A stretch of 64,000 bases of DNA from Treponema sp. (GTDB lineage Bacteria > Spirochaetota > Spirochaetia > Treponematales > Treponemataceae). Below the pieces are notes generated by a model. The model did not search any database. It was given only the letters and a program-made list of their open reading frames with translations, and was not told where the DNA came from. The stretch lies in assembly GCA_045597415.1 (NCBI GenBank), contig JAZLKD010000006.1:4802-68801 (forward strand), given 5' to 3'. This document shows, one piece after another, positions 50,501-60,698 of this stretch (position 1 is its first letter; each line of letters begins with the position of its first letter). Position numbers and translations under genes: made by a program.

Positions 50501-53500
50501 TGCAGGACGGATTAAAATTGCCGGTGTTGCGGTAAATGATGATCTGAACGGAGGAACTGTTGAATATGCAGGAACTGATTACACAGGAACTGTAAGTGAC
50601 GTTCCTTATGCAAACTTAAAGATTTCTGACAGCTCATGGACGGCTTCTGCTGCAGTTACGGTCAGTGGCGAATTAACTGTTGCAGACGGAAAACTTATTC
50701 TTGAAGATGATTTGTCTGCAACTGCAATTTCAGTTTCTGGTGGTCAGATTGATGTGGCAGATGAAAAAACTGCAGCATCTGATTTAATTGCTATTTCAGG
50801 TGGAAAATTCTCAGGCACATTCTCTTCTGAGACTGCGGCAGGAACAATTTCTGTTACCGGATTATGTTCAGCCAGCGGTGATTTTACATTTGTGACTGAC
50901 AGTGTTTCCGTTACAGCTTCGGTTTCCGAAGTTACAGCAAATACTGTAACAGCTGCCTTGTATCCTTTTTCCAATGATAAAAAAGTCGTATTCGGAACTG
51001 ACGCTGGTTCCTTTGCCCTTTCTAATGCACAGGCCGCAAAACTTGGCGTAAAAACAATTATTCTTGGAAATGAAAATAATACTGCCGGTCTTGAAATCAA
51101 GGAATCAGTTAATGTTAACAGCGGCATCTATCTGATTACAGGTGGTGCAATGACACAGCTTGCCGGTGGTCATTCAATTACATCGGTAAGAGGTGAACTT
51201 GGACTCCAGGCTTCTTCAGGAATCGGTACAATCGGCGGAACTCCAGTAACAATCGGCTCTGTAAATGAAACTGTAAGCGCAAAAATTACTGATGTCGGAG
51301 ATATCTGCCTTAAAATTAACAGTTCTGCAGATACAAAAGTTGGCGGAGCAGGTTCAAAAGTAATTTTGACTCCAAACGGAAGCATTGAACTCCAGACTGC
51401 GGGAAACATGATCATCGGCGGAAATGTAAGTGCTTCAGGTACAATTACACTTTCTTCTTCCAAAGGGATCACAACTACAGGCGGAACCATTTCTACGGCT
51501 TCAAAAGTTACTCTTTCTGCCGTAAATGGAATCGGAACTGCAGCTGAACCTTTAGATCTGGATTGTGGTTCTGTTAAAGCAGTTGCTACAGGTGCACTTT
51601 CCTCTGTAAACCTTATGCAGAATGGCACATTGACAGTGGATAATGCCGGAGATATTTCTGCAGCCGGGGCAGTTACTTTAAAAGCTGCTGCATTTGATTT
51701 TGCTGCAGATTCTATTGCCCGGGGAACTGGAACCGTAACTTTGACAGGATATGAAGCTTCTTCGGCACTTGCTTTTGCTCAGGCTCAGTTTGACGGAATT
51801 AATTCAACTTCTTCAAGAAAAATTGTTCTCGGTGACAGCTCAAATTCAGGCGGAATTACTTTTGCCGGCGACATTACTATTGATGCAAATATCACTGATG
51901 TAACCGTAAATACAAATGAAATTGTTTCATCTTCCGCAGCATTTAAGTCAGGAATCGTTGTCCTTAATCCTGCAGGTCCAAAAATTGCAATTTCAGGTAA
52001 TTTTGAATTCTACAATCTTGAAGCTTCTGGTCTTGGCGGTAAGGAAATTGATTTTGCTGCCGGTTCTGTTACTTCAATTACAAATAATCTTACTCTCAAG
52101 GGGACAAGCACTGCTTCCCTTTTAAAATTGCGTTCTTCAACAGAAGATTCTCAGTGGACAATTACTGCCAGTGATGGTGGCGTAAATACAATTCAATTTG
52201 TGGACATAAAAGATTCATTTAACGGTACAACAGATTCTTTAAGTGTTCCGTTTGAACTTACTGCACTGAATTCAGTTGATGCAGCTGATAATGACTACTG
52301 GAGTTTCCCTGGACATACTTATACATGGACAGGGGCTGATGCTTCAGATGGAACTAAATGGAAGGCAAAGGACAACTGGAATCCAAAATCAATTCCTGGA
52401 ACCGGAAGTTTAGTTGTAATTGCTGACGTTTCGGCTGATTCTGATAAATGGCCGGAACTTACAGAAGATATTTCTCTTGGAACAACTTATGGAACTTTGA
52501 CAGTAAATGACGGCGCTCAGATGGATTTTGCAGGTTTCTCATTTACTGCTAAAACCATTACAAACAATGGAACGGTAAAATTTGCAGGCGGAAATACTTT
52601 AACAGGAAATTTAAGCAATGGAACGGCACTGTCGACTGTAATTTATTATGGTGACTGCGGAACAACTCTCCCGTGGTCATTAACTTCAGCAGGCTTTAAT
52701 TCATACAAAAATGTTTATTTTGCAGATGGTGCTGCTGTGGATTATACAGTTCCAGTCAGTGTTAGCGGAACTATAGTAATTGCCAACGGGGCAGGAAATC
52801 AAATAGCCTTGAAAGGTGCAAACAGATTTACAAACGGCATTTCGGTCGGGGATCTTGATACAGGATTTGCAGCAGGGGATATTGAACTTAACGGTGAAAA
52901 TTCTTCCATTAAGCTAAACAGAAGTGTACAGTGCGGAACTCTTGTATTCGACTGCAAAAATATAACATGTGTGCCGGAAACAGCTGTTCCTCCTGCAATT
53001 TCTTCACCATTCATATTTGAATGTACTTCGATTTCAGGAAATAATCTTACATTTAATTGTACAGAAACACTTGTTTTTGATTGTCCTGCTGTAACAGCAA
53101 CAGGAACTTCTCCAGATGGCATTCTGACTTTTGCCAGTGATGTTGTTGTTCTTCAGGATACGGTTTTGACAGGACAAAATGTTGTTTTTGGAAAAAATCT
53201 TTCTGGTGCCGTTGATGTTACTGTCAATGGAAAAGCAGGTTGTGCTGCAAGTGAACATGTTTTTGATTTGCGTGATATTTCTGGTGGAATTTATAAAACT
53301 CTTACAGTTAATGACGGGTTTGCAAATAATGCTTATGTAACTTTAAAGGGAAACGGTGTAATCAAAGGTGACAACAGATTTGCAAAACTGAAAGTTCTGA
53401 ATAATGAAATTGCTGATTCAACGACACTGGTCTTTGATGACGGTTCTACTCAGACAGTTGCAAATCCAAAATCTGCTGCACAGGTTACTCCTCCAGTTAC

Positions 53501-56500
53501 AGGTGAATTGTATTTTGCCGGAAACGGAGCAGGAAAAGAACTTACAGTTACTTCAGAAACCGGAGCTGACTGGAATGCAGTATTTACAAATAAGATTCTC
53601 TCTGAAAACTTTGAACGGGTAATCATCAATCACTGTCATTCTGTTCTTGCCGGTGGACTTGCCAATGACCTCAAAATTATTCCATCGATGGAACATGTAC
53701 GCGATTCTGATCTGGATGCATATACTTCAAAATACTGGTTCAGTTATGGTTTCTGGTGGTTTGGACAGGGTGCAGATTCAAGCTGGAAAACTCATGGCAA
53801 CTGGTGTTACGACGAGAACGGAACAATTCCTGCGCTTGGTTATCCGGACTATATTAACGGTACAAGTGAAATTGTAATTGCCGGCAATAATCCGCAGATT
53901 CTGGAACTGGAAGAAAATATTTCCATCAAAAATCTGACTGTAAACAAAGACCTTCAGATTGATTTAAAAACTTTTGATGTTTCACTTTCTCAGGCTGGTC
54001 CTGCAATTGAAAATGACGGAACAATCAGATTGTCAGGTGAACAGACAGTTTTGATGAATGGTACTGACATTTCCATTTCTGCTGTAAATGCAATTACTGT
54101 TGATCCTGTTGAAGGAATCAATTCGACTGTAGAATATTACGGCTCTTGTGCTTCTGCAACAGAAACTGACAGACTTGCCTTGAGTTATACATACAACAAT
54201 CTTGTTTTCTCTTACGGGGCAGATGCTTATGCCACAACTGATATGACAGTTAATGGTGAGATAAAAATTACCAATGGCGCAGGAAATTCCCTCGTACTTT
54301 CAGGTGATAATATTTATGCTGGAACTGTAACTCTTGACGATGCCGGTTCTGTTAATTTTTCTGGTTCAAACTCTTATGGTGGCCTTGTAACTGTTACAAA
54401 AGCAGAAAATGTAATCCTTAATGGAAATGCAGGTGGTTTTGAACTTGCAGACAATGCAGAATGTACTTCTCTTGAAACCGGCTGTGCCGTAATTCTTGGA
54501 TCCGTTACAACTACAGGAAATCAGGATTATAAAAAGACAGTTACTCTCAAGACAGATTCAACATTTGCAGCAGACGCAGGTTCACTGGTTAAGTTTGAAG
54601 GACCTGTAATCTGCCGGACTGATAAGGCTTATGCTCTTGAAATTTCTGGTGGTGATGGTGAATTTGGCGCAGATGTGGATGTTAAGAGTCTGGCTGCAGC
54701 TGGAACTGTGGATTTTGCAAACCCGGTTTCGCAGACTATAACAACTGCAACGACTCAAACTTATACAGGAAAAGTAACTGTAGCTTCTGCCGTAAACATT
54801 AATTCACAAGGAAAAATTCATTTTCAGTCTGATGTAGCTGGAACAGGTTCTCTTGCTGTCAACGCAGGAAATGACACTGTTGAAGCTGACGGCAAAATCG
54901 GTGAAACAGACAAAGTTGCTTCTCTTGCTCTTTCAGCAGGAACAATCATTCTTCATGGTGGATATGATGTTACAGGAACTGTAAATATTGCTGCGGCCGG
55001 CGATGACGGAACAATCTCATTAAATACGGCTGATTTGATTTCAGGTGATAAACAGACTCTTACTGCAAAAAAAGGTGTAAGGCTTTTATCCGCTGCAACT
55101 CCTGGAGCTGCTTCATGGACTGCAGGAACTAAAAACATCAGCCTTACTGATACAGAATTTTTTGCGGATTTCAGCGGAAGCAGCGTAACTCTTGGCTCTG
55201 ATCTAACCGCAGACAGCATCTATTTATATAATGGTACCTTTGACATGACAGGAAGAACTGTAAATTCAGTGCAGAATATTGCATTCTTTGGTGCGAATTA
55301 CAGTTCAGATGATCCTCGGTTTGATAATGCAGATACACGTTTTGCGTTCTATGGTTTTGACAGTCTTAATTACAAGCCTGTAGCCGATGGCGTTCAACCT
55401 GCTGCCGCTGATTTTTCTGCAGTTGTAACATCTGGTTCTGGTACAGTTCTTAAGGCTGGAAAGAATTTCTATGTAAATGGAACTGACCTGAACGGTTGTA
55501 CTGTAAAAATACCATCTGATGATGCTTCTAATCCTGTATTCAATCCGGCAAACGATGTAACTGAAAGACAGTGGGGAATTCCTTATGCTGTGGCAATTAA
55601 TTCAACAGTTACAGGAGTTACTTCTGAAGGCGGCTGGATTTGTGCCGGAGGAGCCGACGGAATTTCTGGAGAAGTTACACAGGGTTGTGTTGACGGTGGC
55701 GGAAATACAAATGTTCAGTTTGCAGTTCCCCATATTGATCAGGCATATTCAGTTTATGATGATGTTATTTTTGTTCACTTTGATATGCTTCTTGAAAATT
55801 CTCACGGTGAAATTGCTGCAAATCTTGCACTCCTCAGCGGAACTCAGGCCGATGGCGGAATCTGGTATTCCGGCGCATCATATAAAATCACAGGAGCCTG
55901 GGCAGATGCAGACTGTGTAACACCGGTTTCAGCAGATACGGACATTCAGGAATTCTACATTCGTGGTGAAGAAACATGGAACACTGATGCTACTGGAACA
56001 GATTCTTTCACAGCTTCTGTCTCAAAAAATGAATCTTCAGACCGCAATGGCATTAAAAAAAGTGTAACAACTGATTTAAGTTTCCTTGAAGGTCTCTTTA
56101 CATCTGCAGAAGGTCACACAATGTGCCGCAATTATGTGGCAAACCCTGGTGCTGGCCGGGCTGCATACACAGAAACTCAGGATAAGGCTTCTCCAGTCCT
56201 TATTGCAGTATATTCCGGCCAGGAACAGCATTCAGCAGGATCTTCTGCAGTTCAGCCCGTTCAGGATGGACACAATTTCATTGAGTTCAGGTATTCAGAA
56301 CCTGTTAATGTCAGAACTGGTGGCGCTGATATGGATGCAGACGGCAGTGGAACAAATGAAAACGTTCCTGCAGTAATGGCAGATTCAGCTTCCGGATTAG
56401 TAATTGATGGATTTGGTTCCATTGCTTCAGGTTCAGTTGCTTCTGGAATTAAACCGGGAACATCCGTAACTTCTCCTCACATGTTCTACAGGGCTTTTGC

Positions 56501-58832
56501 CACTGCAGCTGGTGGAGATAACTTTGAGGTTCAGCCATACAGAATCAGACTTTCTGTTGCCGGTGCTGTAGATGGAACTGTAACTCACAATGGCATCAGT
56601 TATCACAATTATGCAGGCTACATCGACAGTGCAGCAACTCCTTCAGGAGATGTTACACGTATTGCAAATGACAATATAAAAGACCTTTCAGGCAATGTGC
56701 TGGATTCAGCCGGAACAGCTGCAGAACACGTTCTTCCACAGCTGGTTCTTAACGGTTACAGTGATATGGCTGCTTCAAATCATCTTTATGGAAAATGGGA
56801 TACTCTTCCTCCGGTTTTTGCTCCTTTTGTATCGGACTACTCAGCATGGACATTATTCGGTTCAACTGGAACAGGCGTTCAGCACGAAATCATTGGTTCT
56901 TCAAGCGGTACATTTATTGATAACATTGAAATCCACATGTATGACAACAACAGTGCTCAGGTTGCTGAATGGAGCGGAAAATGGTGGCGTACAAAGCGCG
57001 GATGGTTCCAGGGGTCCGGCATTGTTGCAACTGATACCCTTTTGACAGACGAATCAGGCAAAGCTCTTCCGGATACAAGGGGTGGTTCACGTCCGTTTGA
57101 CGGAAACATTACTAAAGGTGGTATCCGCCGCAGTTCCCTTATGGATGCAAACAGTTCTTTCTCATATAAATCAATTGACGACAATGTGGAAAGTGCAGAA
57201 AAACCTGTTTCAACAGCAACTCACATCGATCAGGAAAATATCCGTAATGCAATTTTCCGTGCTGCAAGTGATCCTGCAACGGAACAGGACGGTTTGTATC
57301 TTAAGCTTCCTATGGCAGACGGGGATAACACACTTCCTGTCCGAACAACATTCGCATTCTCATATAATCCTGTAAACGACTACATTACAGATCTTGCAGG
57401 AAACAGACTTGCTTCATCTTATGCAGAAAAGACAACATTTCAGTCAATTGATTTGACTCCTCCTGCATATACAATGGCTCTTTCTCCTGTAGCAGATAAC
57501 AAGGTTTATATTTTCTTTACAAAACGTCTTGCTTATTACCGCACAGACAACACAATTGAATATCTTGATCTTCTTTCTGATGCAGAACTGACAGCGGCAA
57601 TGAATGAAATTAAAACTTCATTTGTTATATGTCCACAGAGAACTTCATCTGAAGCAATTGTCATTCAGAAAGTTGATCTTGTCCGCTCAAACAACGATTA
57701 CACAACTCTCCTTTTTACACTGGAACGAAACCTTACTGTTTCTGACATTAAGAGCCTGTGGATCCGTGACAAAGGTGTTTTGCCTCAGATTACTGATACT
57801 TCGACCGGTCTTTTAATGAACAATACAAAAATCAACGATTATGTCGGAAACTTCCTGCCACAGGATAAGGCCCACGCAATCAGTGATTTTGCCATTAATT
57901 CTGTAAAACCGGTCTATGGTTTTGCTCATGCTAAAAATGATGATGGCTGGGATGAACAGGGAATTTACGGAAATATTGCTGCCGATGCAGATAATTATGC
58001 CGTTCATGACTTTACACGCAACCAGGGAAACTACGGTCGTTTTGTAACAGGCAGGGACATTACTCTTCAGGTTCAGTGTATTGAAGGAAAAGACAGCGAT
58101 GGAAAACTGATTGCCGCTGGTGACAGTTATACTCTCATGCCGTCTAAAAAAGCAGGCCTCACACATGAAATGGTTTCAGATAAGATTAACAAACTCATAA
58201 AGGGTGACTGGCGTTTGTGGCTCCCGACAGAACTCAAATCCCTTGCAACACAGGCAAATACAAATATGCTTGCTTCTGTTACAGGTGTTTCTGCAGGTGA
58301 TGATGACGGGCTTCTCTTCAATTATACTTTTAAGGATGAAGATTACGGCTTTAAAGGCGGAGATGAAATTCAATTTGTGTTCCAGATGGATGGAGTGACA
58401 ATAGACCACGATGCAGATGGTGAAGGCGCAAATCCAACTCCTCCTGTTCCTCTTTATGCAGTAACCATGCCGGAAAATGTTATCAGGTCTGGTGATCTTG
58501 CTTATATTGATTTGTGGTCATTTGGACTTAAAAACATAAAACAGCAGCGTGGTGGAGTTACAATCCTCAACAATGTAATTGATGTAAGCGTCAAGGAAGA
58601 AACTGTTCTCGAAGTTGAAATGGCCGAAGCCGGAAACCTGAACATTTATGTACTTACTGCCGACGGAAATATTGTAAAACAGCTTTCAAAAGGACAGACT
58701 TCAGAAGGAATTCACTACTTCAAGTGGAACGGAACAAACAACAAAGGCAATACAGTGGCCCGTGGAATTTACTTTATCCGCATCATTGGAAACGGTATTG
58801 ATGAAACACGAAAAGTTTTGTGTGTTAAATAA
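47562..58832 (+). CDS. Giant secreted beta-rich surface protein with C-terminal FlgD-Ig-like domain
   Basis: 3756 aa; signal-like N-terminus (TTG start); Gly/Thr/Ser/Asn-rich; recurring WxG...W....NW motifs; C-terminal WNGTNNKGNTVARGIYFIRI. Confidence 0.85.
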   Translation: MKLLSVLLFLGGTSVYSDTYYWVGSGVSPAWNNGANWSLTSGGAGGAGVPGLTDEVWISSDIWLTGDVSVKTVYIQGTVNLNLNGYNLDVTSNGAYNYANLNSEYFAGAIHLGRDGTAGNLTLSGTGKLNVEIFDEEEAALNSLSIGENATVTVSGHMWTDANTAAYGVNLSGTGKFVMAAGSHIASGSGGYYGFKIDSGVQVVDPDNLLSLCEWLGGTDSDWNKGSNWRYKHVPKAGDDVIILNVPNKPVISGAAVSIGKLTVNTGATVSFAESLTITDFEGTGTLINTNTTGTQKRLVVNSTSDVTIPYVESHPGTQNIAVENRNHSTVLTINSFMSNNEVELYLYGNINFSTSAIVKSFYVSDGTVTVDSSITVTGDLTTSGTGGNLVLSGSSAPVTIGGNLLNYYSIDLNGNDVTFTGTSPVVEGNVDFGNLDATACTNLTFNGKVKVAGNFVSASTKTVFKSDADFSSATGYTGRGFTDFFNTRAGSSPIEFKTFSGMDLGTFYFGGNTDVVINGAVTAYQYRIPDNGHGYNMTQTFEARTLSGSGTPKLTITNFFDIGRSSSSAAVTGKCIIDCDVDYTSKTSGQVHVGSNLIIKAGKTFDARPERIVGTSGTANPHPLIEVYGNLITGKSFDLAQNNNNPSCTRLIVYSGGTVTAQKIEWSSTKANYFDTADPLTVENGGTIEVTDGIDVIRTSNAAGTPELACVNNGTIKVTGAGTVAASYFTGNGTIEFADVATLDSVSTTKTSSQQEIICGDSVTVKGAWNLTDFTATGLGGKTITLDGSTVGVSGTLSLSGSSDSSLLKIAGAAATDGFVLSADQSGNGAFLSIDDKTGIFDSTGVVRGHTYEATDSVPEAGTGDDEYLAVMRNGWNIKALRDFHYVWTGTASTEWNEPLNWNTGIVPVEECSVEIPDAVASGNWPVLTSLDGEISIGNLSAGTSAGDAKITLAENDIVLADSISAPFLNVFGSVIYTDAGRIKIAGVAVNDDLNGGTVEYAGTDYTGTVSDVPYANLKISDSSWTASAAVTVSGELTVADGKLILEDDLSATAISVSGGQIDVADEKTAASDLIAISGGKFSGTFSSETAAGTISVTGLCSASGDFTFVTDSVSVTASVSEVTANTVTAALYPFSNDKKVVFGTDAGSFALSNAQAAKLGVKTIILGNENNTAGLEIKESVNVNSGIYLITGGAMTQLAGGHSITSVRGELGLQASSGIGTIGGTPVTIGSVNETVSAKITDVGDICLKINSSADTKVGGAGSKVILTPNGSIELQTAGNMIIGGNVSASGTITLSSSKGITTTGGTISTASKVTLSAVNGIGTAAEPLDLDCGSVKAVATGALSSVNLMQNGTLTVDNAGDISAAGAVTLKAAAFDFAADSIARGTGTVTLTGYEASSALAFAQAQFDGINSTSSRKIVLGDSSNSGGITFAGDITIDANITDVTVNTNEIVSSSAAFKSGIVVLNPAGPKIAISGNFEFYNLEASGLGGKEIDFAAGSVTSITNNLTLKGTSTASLLKLRSSTEDSQWTITASDGGVNTIQFVDIKDSFNGTTDSLSVPFELTALNSVDAADNDYWSFPGHTYTWTGADASDGTKWKAKDNWNPKSIPGTGSLVVIADVSADSDKWPELTEDISLGTTYGTLTVNDGAQMDFAGFSFTAKTITNNGTVKFAGGNTLTGNLSNGTALSTVIYYGDCGTTLPWSLTSAGFNSYKNVYFADGAAVDYTVPVSVSGTIVIANGAGNQIALKGANRFTNGISVGDLDTGFAAGDIELNGENSSIKLNRSVQCGTLVFDCKNITCVPETAVPPAISSPFIFECTSISGNNLTFNCTETLVFDCPAVTATGTSPDGILTFASDVVVLQDTVLTGQNVVFGKNLSGAVDVTVNGKAGCAASEHVFDLRDISGGIYKTLTVNDGFANNAYVTLKGNGVIKGDNRFAKLKVLNNEIADSTTLVFDDGSTQTVANPKSAAQVTPPVTGELYFAGNGAGKELTVTSETGADWNAVFTNKILSENFERVIINHCHSVLAGGLANDLKIIPSMEHVRDSDLDAYTSKYWFSYGFWWFGQGADSSWKTHGNWCYDENGTIPALGYPDYINGTSEIVIAGNNPQILELEENISIKNLTVNKDLQIDLKTFDVSLSQAGPAIENDGTIRLSGEQTVLMNGTDISISAVNAITVDPVEGINSTVEYYGSCASATETDRLALSYTYNNLVFSYGADAYATTDMTVNGEIKITNGAGNSLVLSGDNIYAGTVTLDDAGSVNFSGSNSYGGLVTVTKAENVILNGNAGGFELADNAECTSLETGCAVILGSVTTTGNQDYKKTVTLKTDSTFAADAGSLVKFEGPVICRTDKAYALEISGGDGEFGADVDVKSLAAAGTVDFANPVSQTITTATTQTYTGKVTVASAVNINSQGKIHFQSDVAGTGSLAVNAGNDTVEADGKIGETDKVASLALSAGTIILHGGYDVTGTVNIAAAGDDGTISLNTADLISGDKQTLTAKKGVRLLSAATPGAASWTAGTKNISLTDTEFFADFSGSSVTLGSDLTADSIYLYNGTFDMTGRTVNSVQNIAFFGANYSSDDPRFDNADTRFAFYGFDSLNYKPVADGVQPAAADFSAVVTSGSGTVLKAGKNFYVNGTDLNGCTVKIPSDDASNPVFNPANDVTERQWGIPYAVAINSTVTGVTSEGGWICAGGADGISGEVTQGCVDGGGNTNVQFAVPHIDQAYSVYDDVIFVHFDMLLENSHGEIAANLALLSGTQADGGIWYSGASYKITGAWADADCVTPVSADTDIQEFYIRGEETWNTDATGTDSFTASVSKNESSDRNGIKKSVTTDLSFLEGLFTSAEGHTMCRNYVANPGAGRAAYTETQDKASPVLIAVYSGQEQHSAGSSAVQPVQDGHNFIEFRYSEPVNVRTGGADMDADGSGTNENVPAVMADSASGLVIDGFGSIASGSVASGIKPGTSVTSPHMFYRAFATAAGGDNFEVQPYRIRLSVAGAVDGTVTHNGISYHNYAGYIDSAATPSGDVTRIANDNIKDLSGNVLDSAGTAAEHVLPQLVLNGYSDMAASNHLYGKWDTLPPVFAPFVSDYSAWTLFGSTGTGVQHEIIGSSSGTFIDNIEIHMYDNNSAQVAEWSGKWWRTKRGWFQGSGIVATDTLLTDESGKALPDTRGGSRPFDGNITKGGIRRSSLMDANSSFSYKSIDDNVESAEKPVSTATHIDQENIRNAIFRAASDPATEQDGLYLKLPMADGDNTLPVRTTFAFSYNPVNDYITDLAGNRLASSYAEKTTFQSIDLTPPAYTMALSPVADNKVYIFFTKRLAYYRTDNTIEYLDLLSDAELTAAMNEIKTSFVICPQRTSSEAIVIQKVDLVRSNNDYTTLLFTLERNLTVSDIKSLWIRDKGVLPQITDTSTGLLMNNTKINDYVGNFLPQDKAHAISDFAINSVKPVYGFAHAKNDDGWDEQGIYGNIAADADNYAVHDFTRNQGNYGRFVTGRDITLQVQCIEGKDSDGKLIAAGDSYTLMPSKKAGLTHEMVSDKINKLIKGDWRLWLPTELKSLATQANTNMLASVTGVSAGDDDGLLFNYTFKDEDYGFKGGDEIQFVFQMDGVTIDHDADGEGANPTPPVPLYAVTMPENVIRSGDLAYIDLWSFGLKNIKQQRGGVTILNNVIDVSVKEETVLEVEMAEAGNLNIYVLTADGNIVKQLSKGQTSEGIHYFKWNGTNNKGNTVARGIYFIRIIGNGIDETRKVLCVK

Positions 58833-58868
58833 CTTGTTAAAGAGCCAAAAACTCCTTATATTTAAAAT

Positions 58869-60698
58869 ATGAGTTTTGACATCCGCACAAATAACACTGA
58901 ACTTGATACAAATGTTCTCCGTGATACTTTCTTAAACACTTTTGATCAGTATTCCCAGCAGGACAAAGATCGCTTTACTCAGGCCTGGGATTTTCTCTTA
59001 AAAAAATGCCAGGGCCGCCTCAGAAAATGCGGACTTCCATATTATCTGCATCCAATCCGCGTTGCGTCAATTATTGCCGACAGCGGACTTGATATGGATT
59101 GTGTTATTTCAGGTTTGCTGCACAATGTCATTGAAATCGAACCGGAATCAAGACCGGAAATTGAGTCTCTTTTTGGGACAGTGATTCTGGACATTGTCAG
59201 CGATACTTCAAAAATCACTTCCTTAAAAATCAATTCAAAAACCATGCATCAGGCAGATGCCATCCGTAAGATGCTTTTTGCCATGATTGATGATGTGCGT
59301 GTTATTCTCGTAAAACTTGCAGACCGTCTCGACCGTATGCGAAATCTGCGCAATATTGAAGAAAAAACTCAGCGCCTTGTTGCCAGTGAAGTAATGGATA
59401 TCTGGGCACCTCTTGCAGACCGTCTTGGTATGCAGTCTGTAAAAAATGAACTTGAAGATCTGTCATTAAAATATGCAAATCCAAAAGTTTTTCAGCAGAT
59501 AAAGTCCATTGTTGCAGCAAAGAAAGACGAACGCAGCCAGTATCTGGAAAAAGCCGTTCAGTCAATCTACAAGTCGGCAGAAAAGATGGGAATTACCGTT
59601 AGCATTTCAAGCCGTGCAAAGCATTTTTACTCAATTTACAAAAAAATGCAGAAACGAAATGTTCCTGCAAGTCAGTTGTACGATCTGCTTGCCCTGCGCG
59701 TAATTTGTAACACAAATGCCGAATGTTACACACTTATTGGAATTGTTCATGGACTTTGGACTCCAATGGAAGGTCGTTTTAAAGATTATATTGCCATGCC
59801 TAAAGCCAATGGTTATCAGTCCCTTCATACAACAGTAGTTTGTGAAGGCAAACCACTGGAAATTCAGATTCGTACCAATGATATGCATAATATGGCCGAA
59901 CACGGTGTTGCTTCTCACTGGCTGTACAAAAAAGGCATGAACAGGGACAAAGTTGATGTTAATAATCTTGGTATTTTCAATCAGCTTCAGAATCTTAAAA
60001 ATGAAAACCTCAGTGATGAAAGCCTTTTTGAGCAGTTAAAAAGTGATTTGCTGGGAGATGAAATTTTTGTATTTACTCCTGCAGGTGATGTTGTTCAGCT
60101 GCCGAACGGTTCAAATGCCATCGATTTTGCTTACCATGTTCACAGTGCTGTCGGTGAAAAAATTGTTGGAGCTAAAGCAGATGGAAAAATCATTCCTATT
60201 ACAGCACCTTTACAGAATACTCAGATTATTGAAATCCTTACAAATCCGCAGGCTCATCCTACAGAAAGTCAGCTTAAAATTGTAAAAACCTCAAAAGCCC
60301 GTCAGCGCATTCATTCCTGGTTAATGGCAAATGATCCGGAATTTATCGACAAATATTCAGAAGAGCGTCATCTGCTGGAAGTTGCAGAAGCTAACCGCCG
60401 TGCTCAGGAAATCCAGGCAGAAAAGAAAAAGCATAATCGGGCTAAAAATGGTCCTGTTGAAAAGGTTGATGATAAATTTACCGGCAGAATCATTGCAGAT
60501 CACACAAAAAATATGATTTATACTCTTGCCGGCTGCTGTCAGCCAAAACCTGGTGATTTAATTACAGGTTATGTTTCCAAGAAAAAAGGTGTCATGGTTC
60601 ACAAGGCAACATGTATAACTTTTCAGCGCATGACAAACCTTGAAAACCGCGCCGTTGAAGTTGAGTGGGAAGAAAAAGGACAGAAAACTAAAAATTAA
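58869..60698 (+). CDS. RelA/SpoT-family (p)ppGpp synthetase with degenerate hydrolase motif
   Basis: KLADRL, RAKHFYSIYKKM, RFKDYIAMPKANGYQSLHT, EIQIRT, TGS domain; HNVIEI replaces HDxxED. Confidence 0.9.
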   Translation: MSFDIRTNNTELDTNVLRDTFLNTFDQYSQQDKDRFTQAWDFLLKKCQGRLRKCGLPYYLHPIRVASIIADSGLDMDCVISGLLHNVIEIEPESRPEIESLFGTVILDIVSDTSKITSLKINSKTMHQADAIRKMLFAMIDDVRVILVKLADRLDRMRNLRNIEEKTQRLVASEVMDIWAPLADRLGMQSVKNELEDLSLKYANPKVFQQIKSIVAAKKDERSQYLEKAVQSIYKSAEKMGITVSISSRAKHFYSIYKKMQKRNVPASQLYDLLALRVICNTNAECYTLIGIVHGLWTPMEGRFKDYIAMPKANGYQSLHTTVVCEGKPLEIQIRTNDMHNMAEHGVASHWLYKKGMNRDKVDVNNLGIFNQLQNLKNENLSDESLFEQLKSDLLGDEIFVFTPAGDVVQLPNGSNAIDFAYHVHSAVGEKIVGAKADGKIIPITAPLQNTQIIEILTNPQAHPTESQLKIVKTSKARQRIHSWLMANDPEFIDKYSEERHLLEVAEANRRAQEIQAEKKKHNRAKNGPVEKVDDKFTGRIIADHTKNMIYTLAGCCQPKPGDLITGYVSKKKGVMVHKATCITFQRMTNLENRAVEVEWEEKGQKTKN

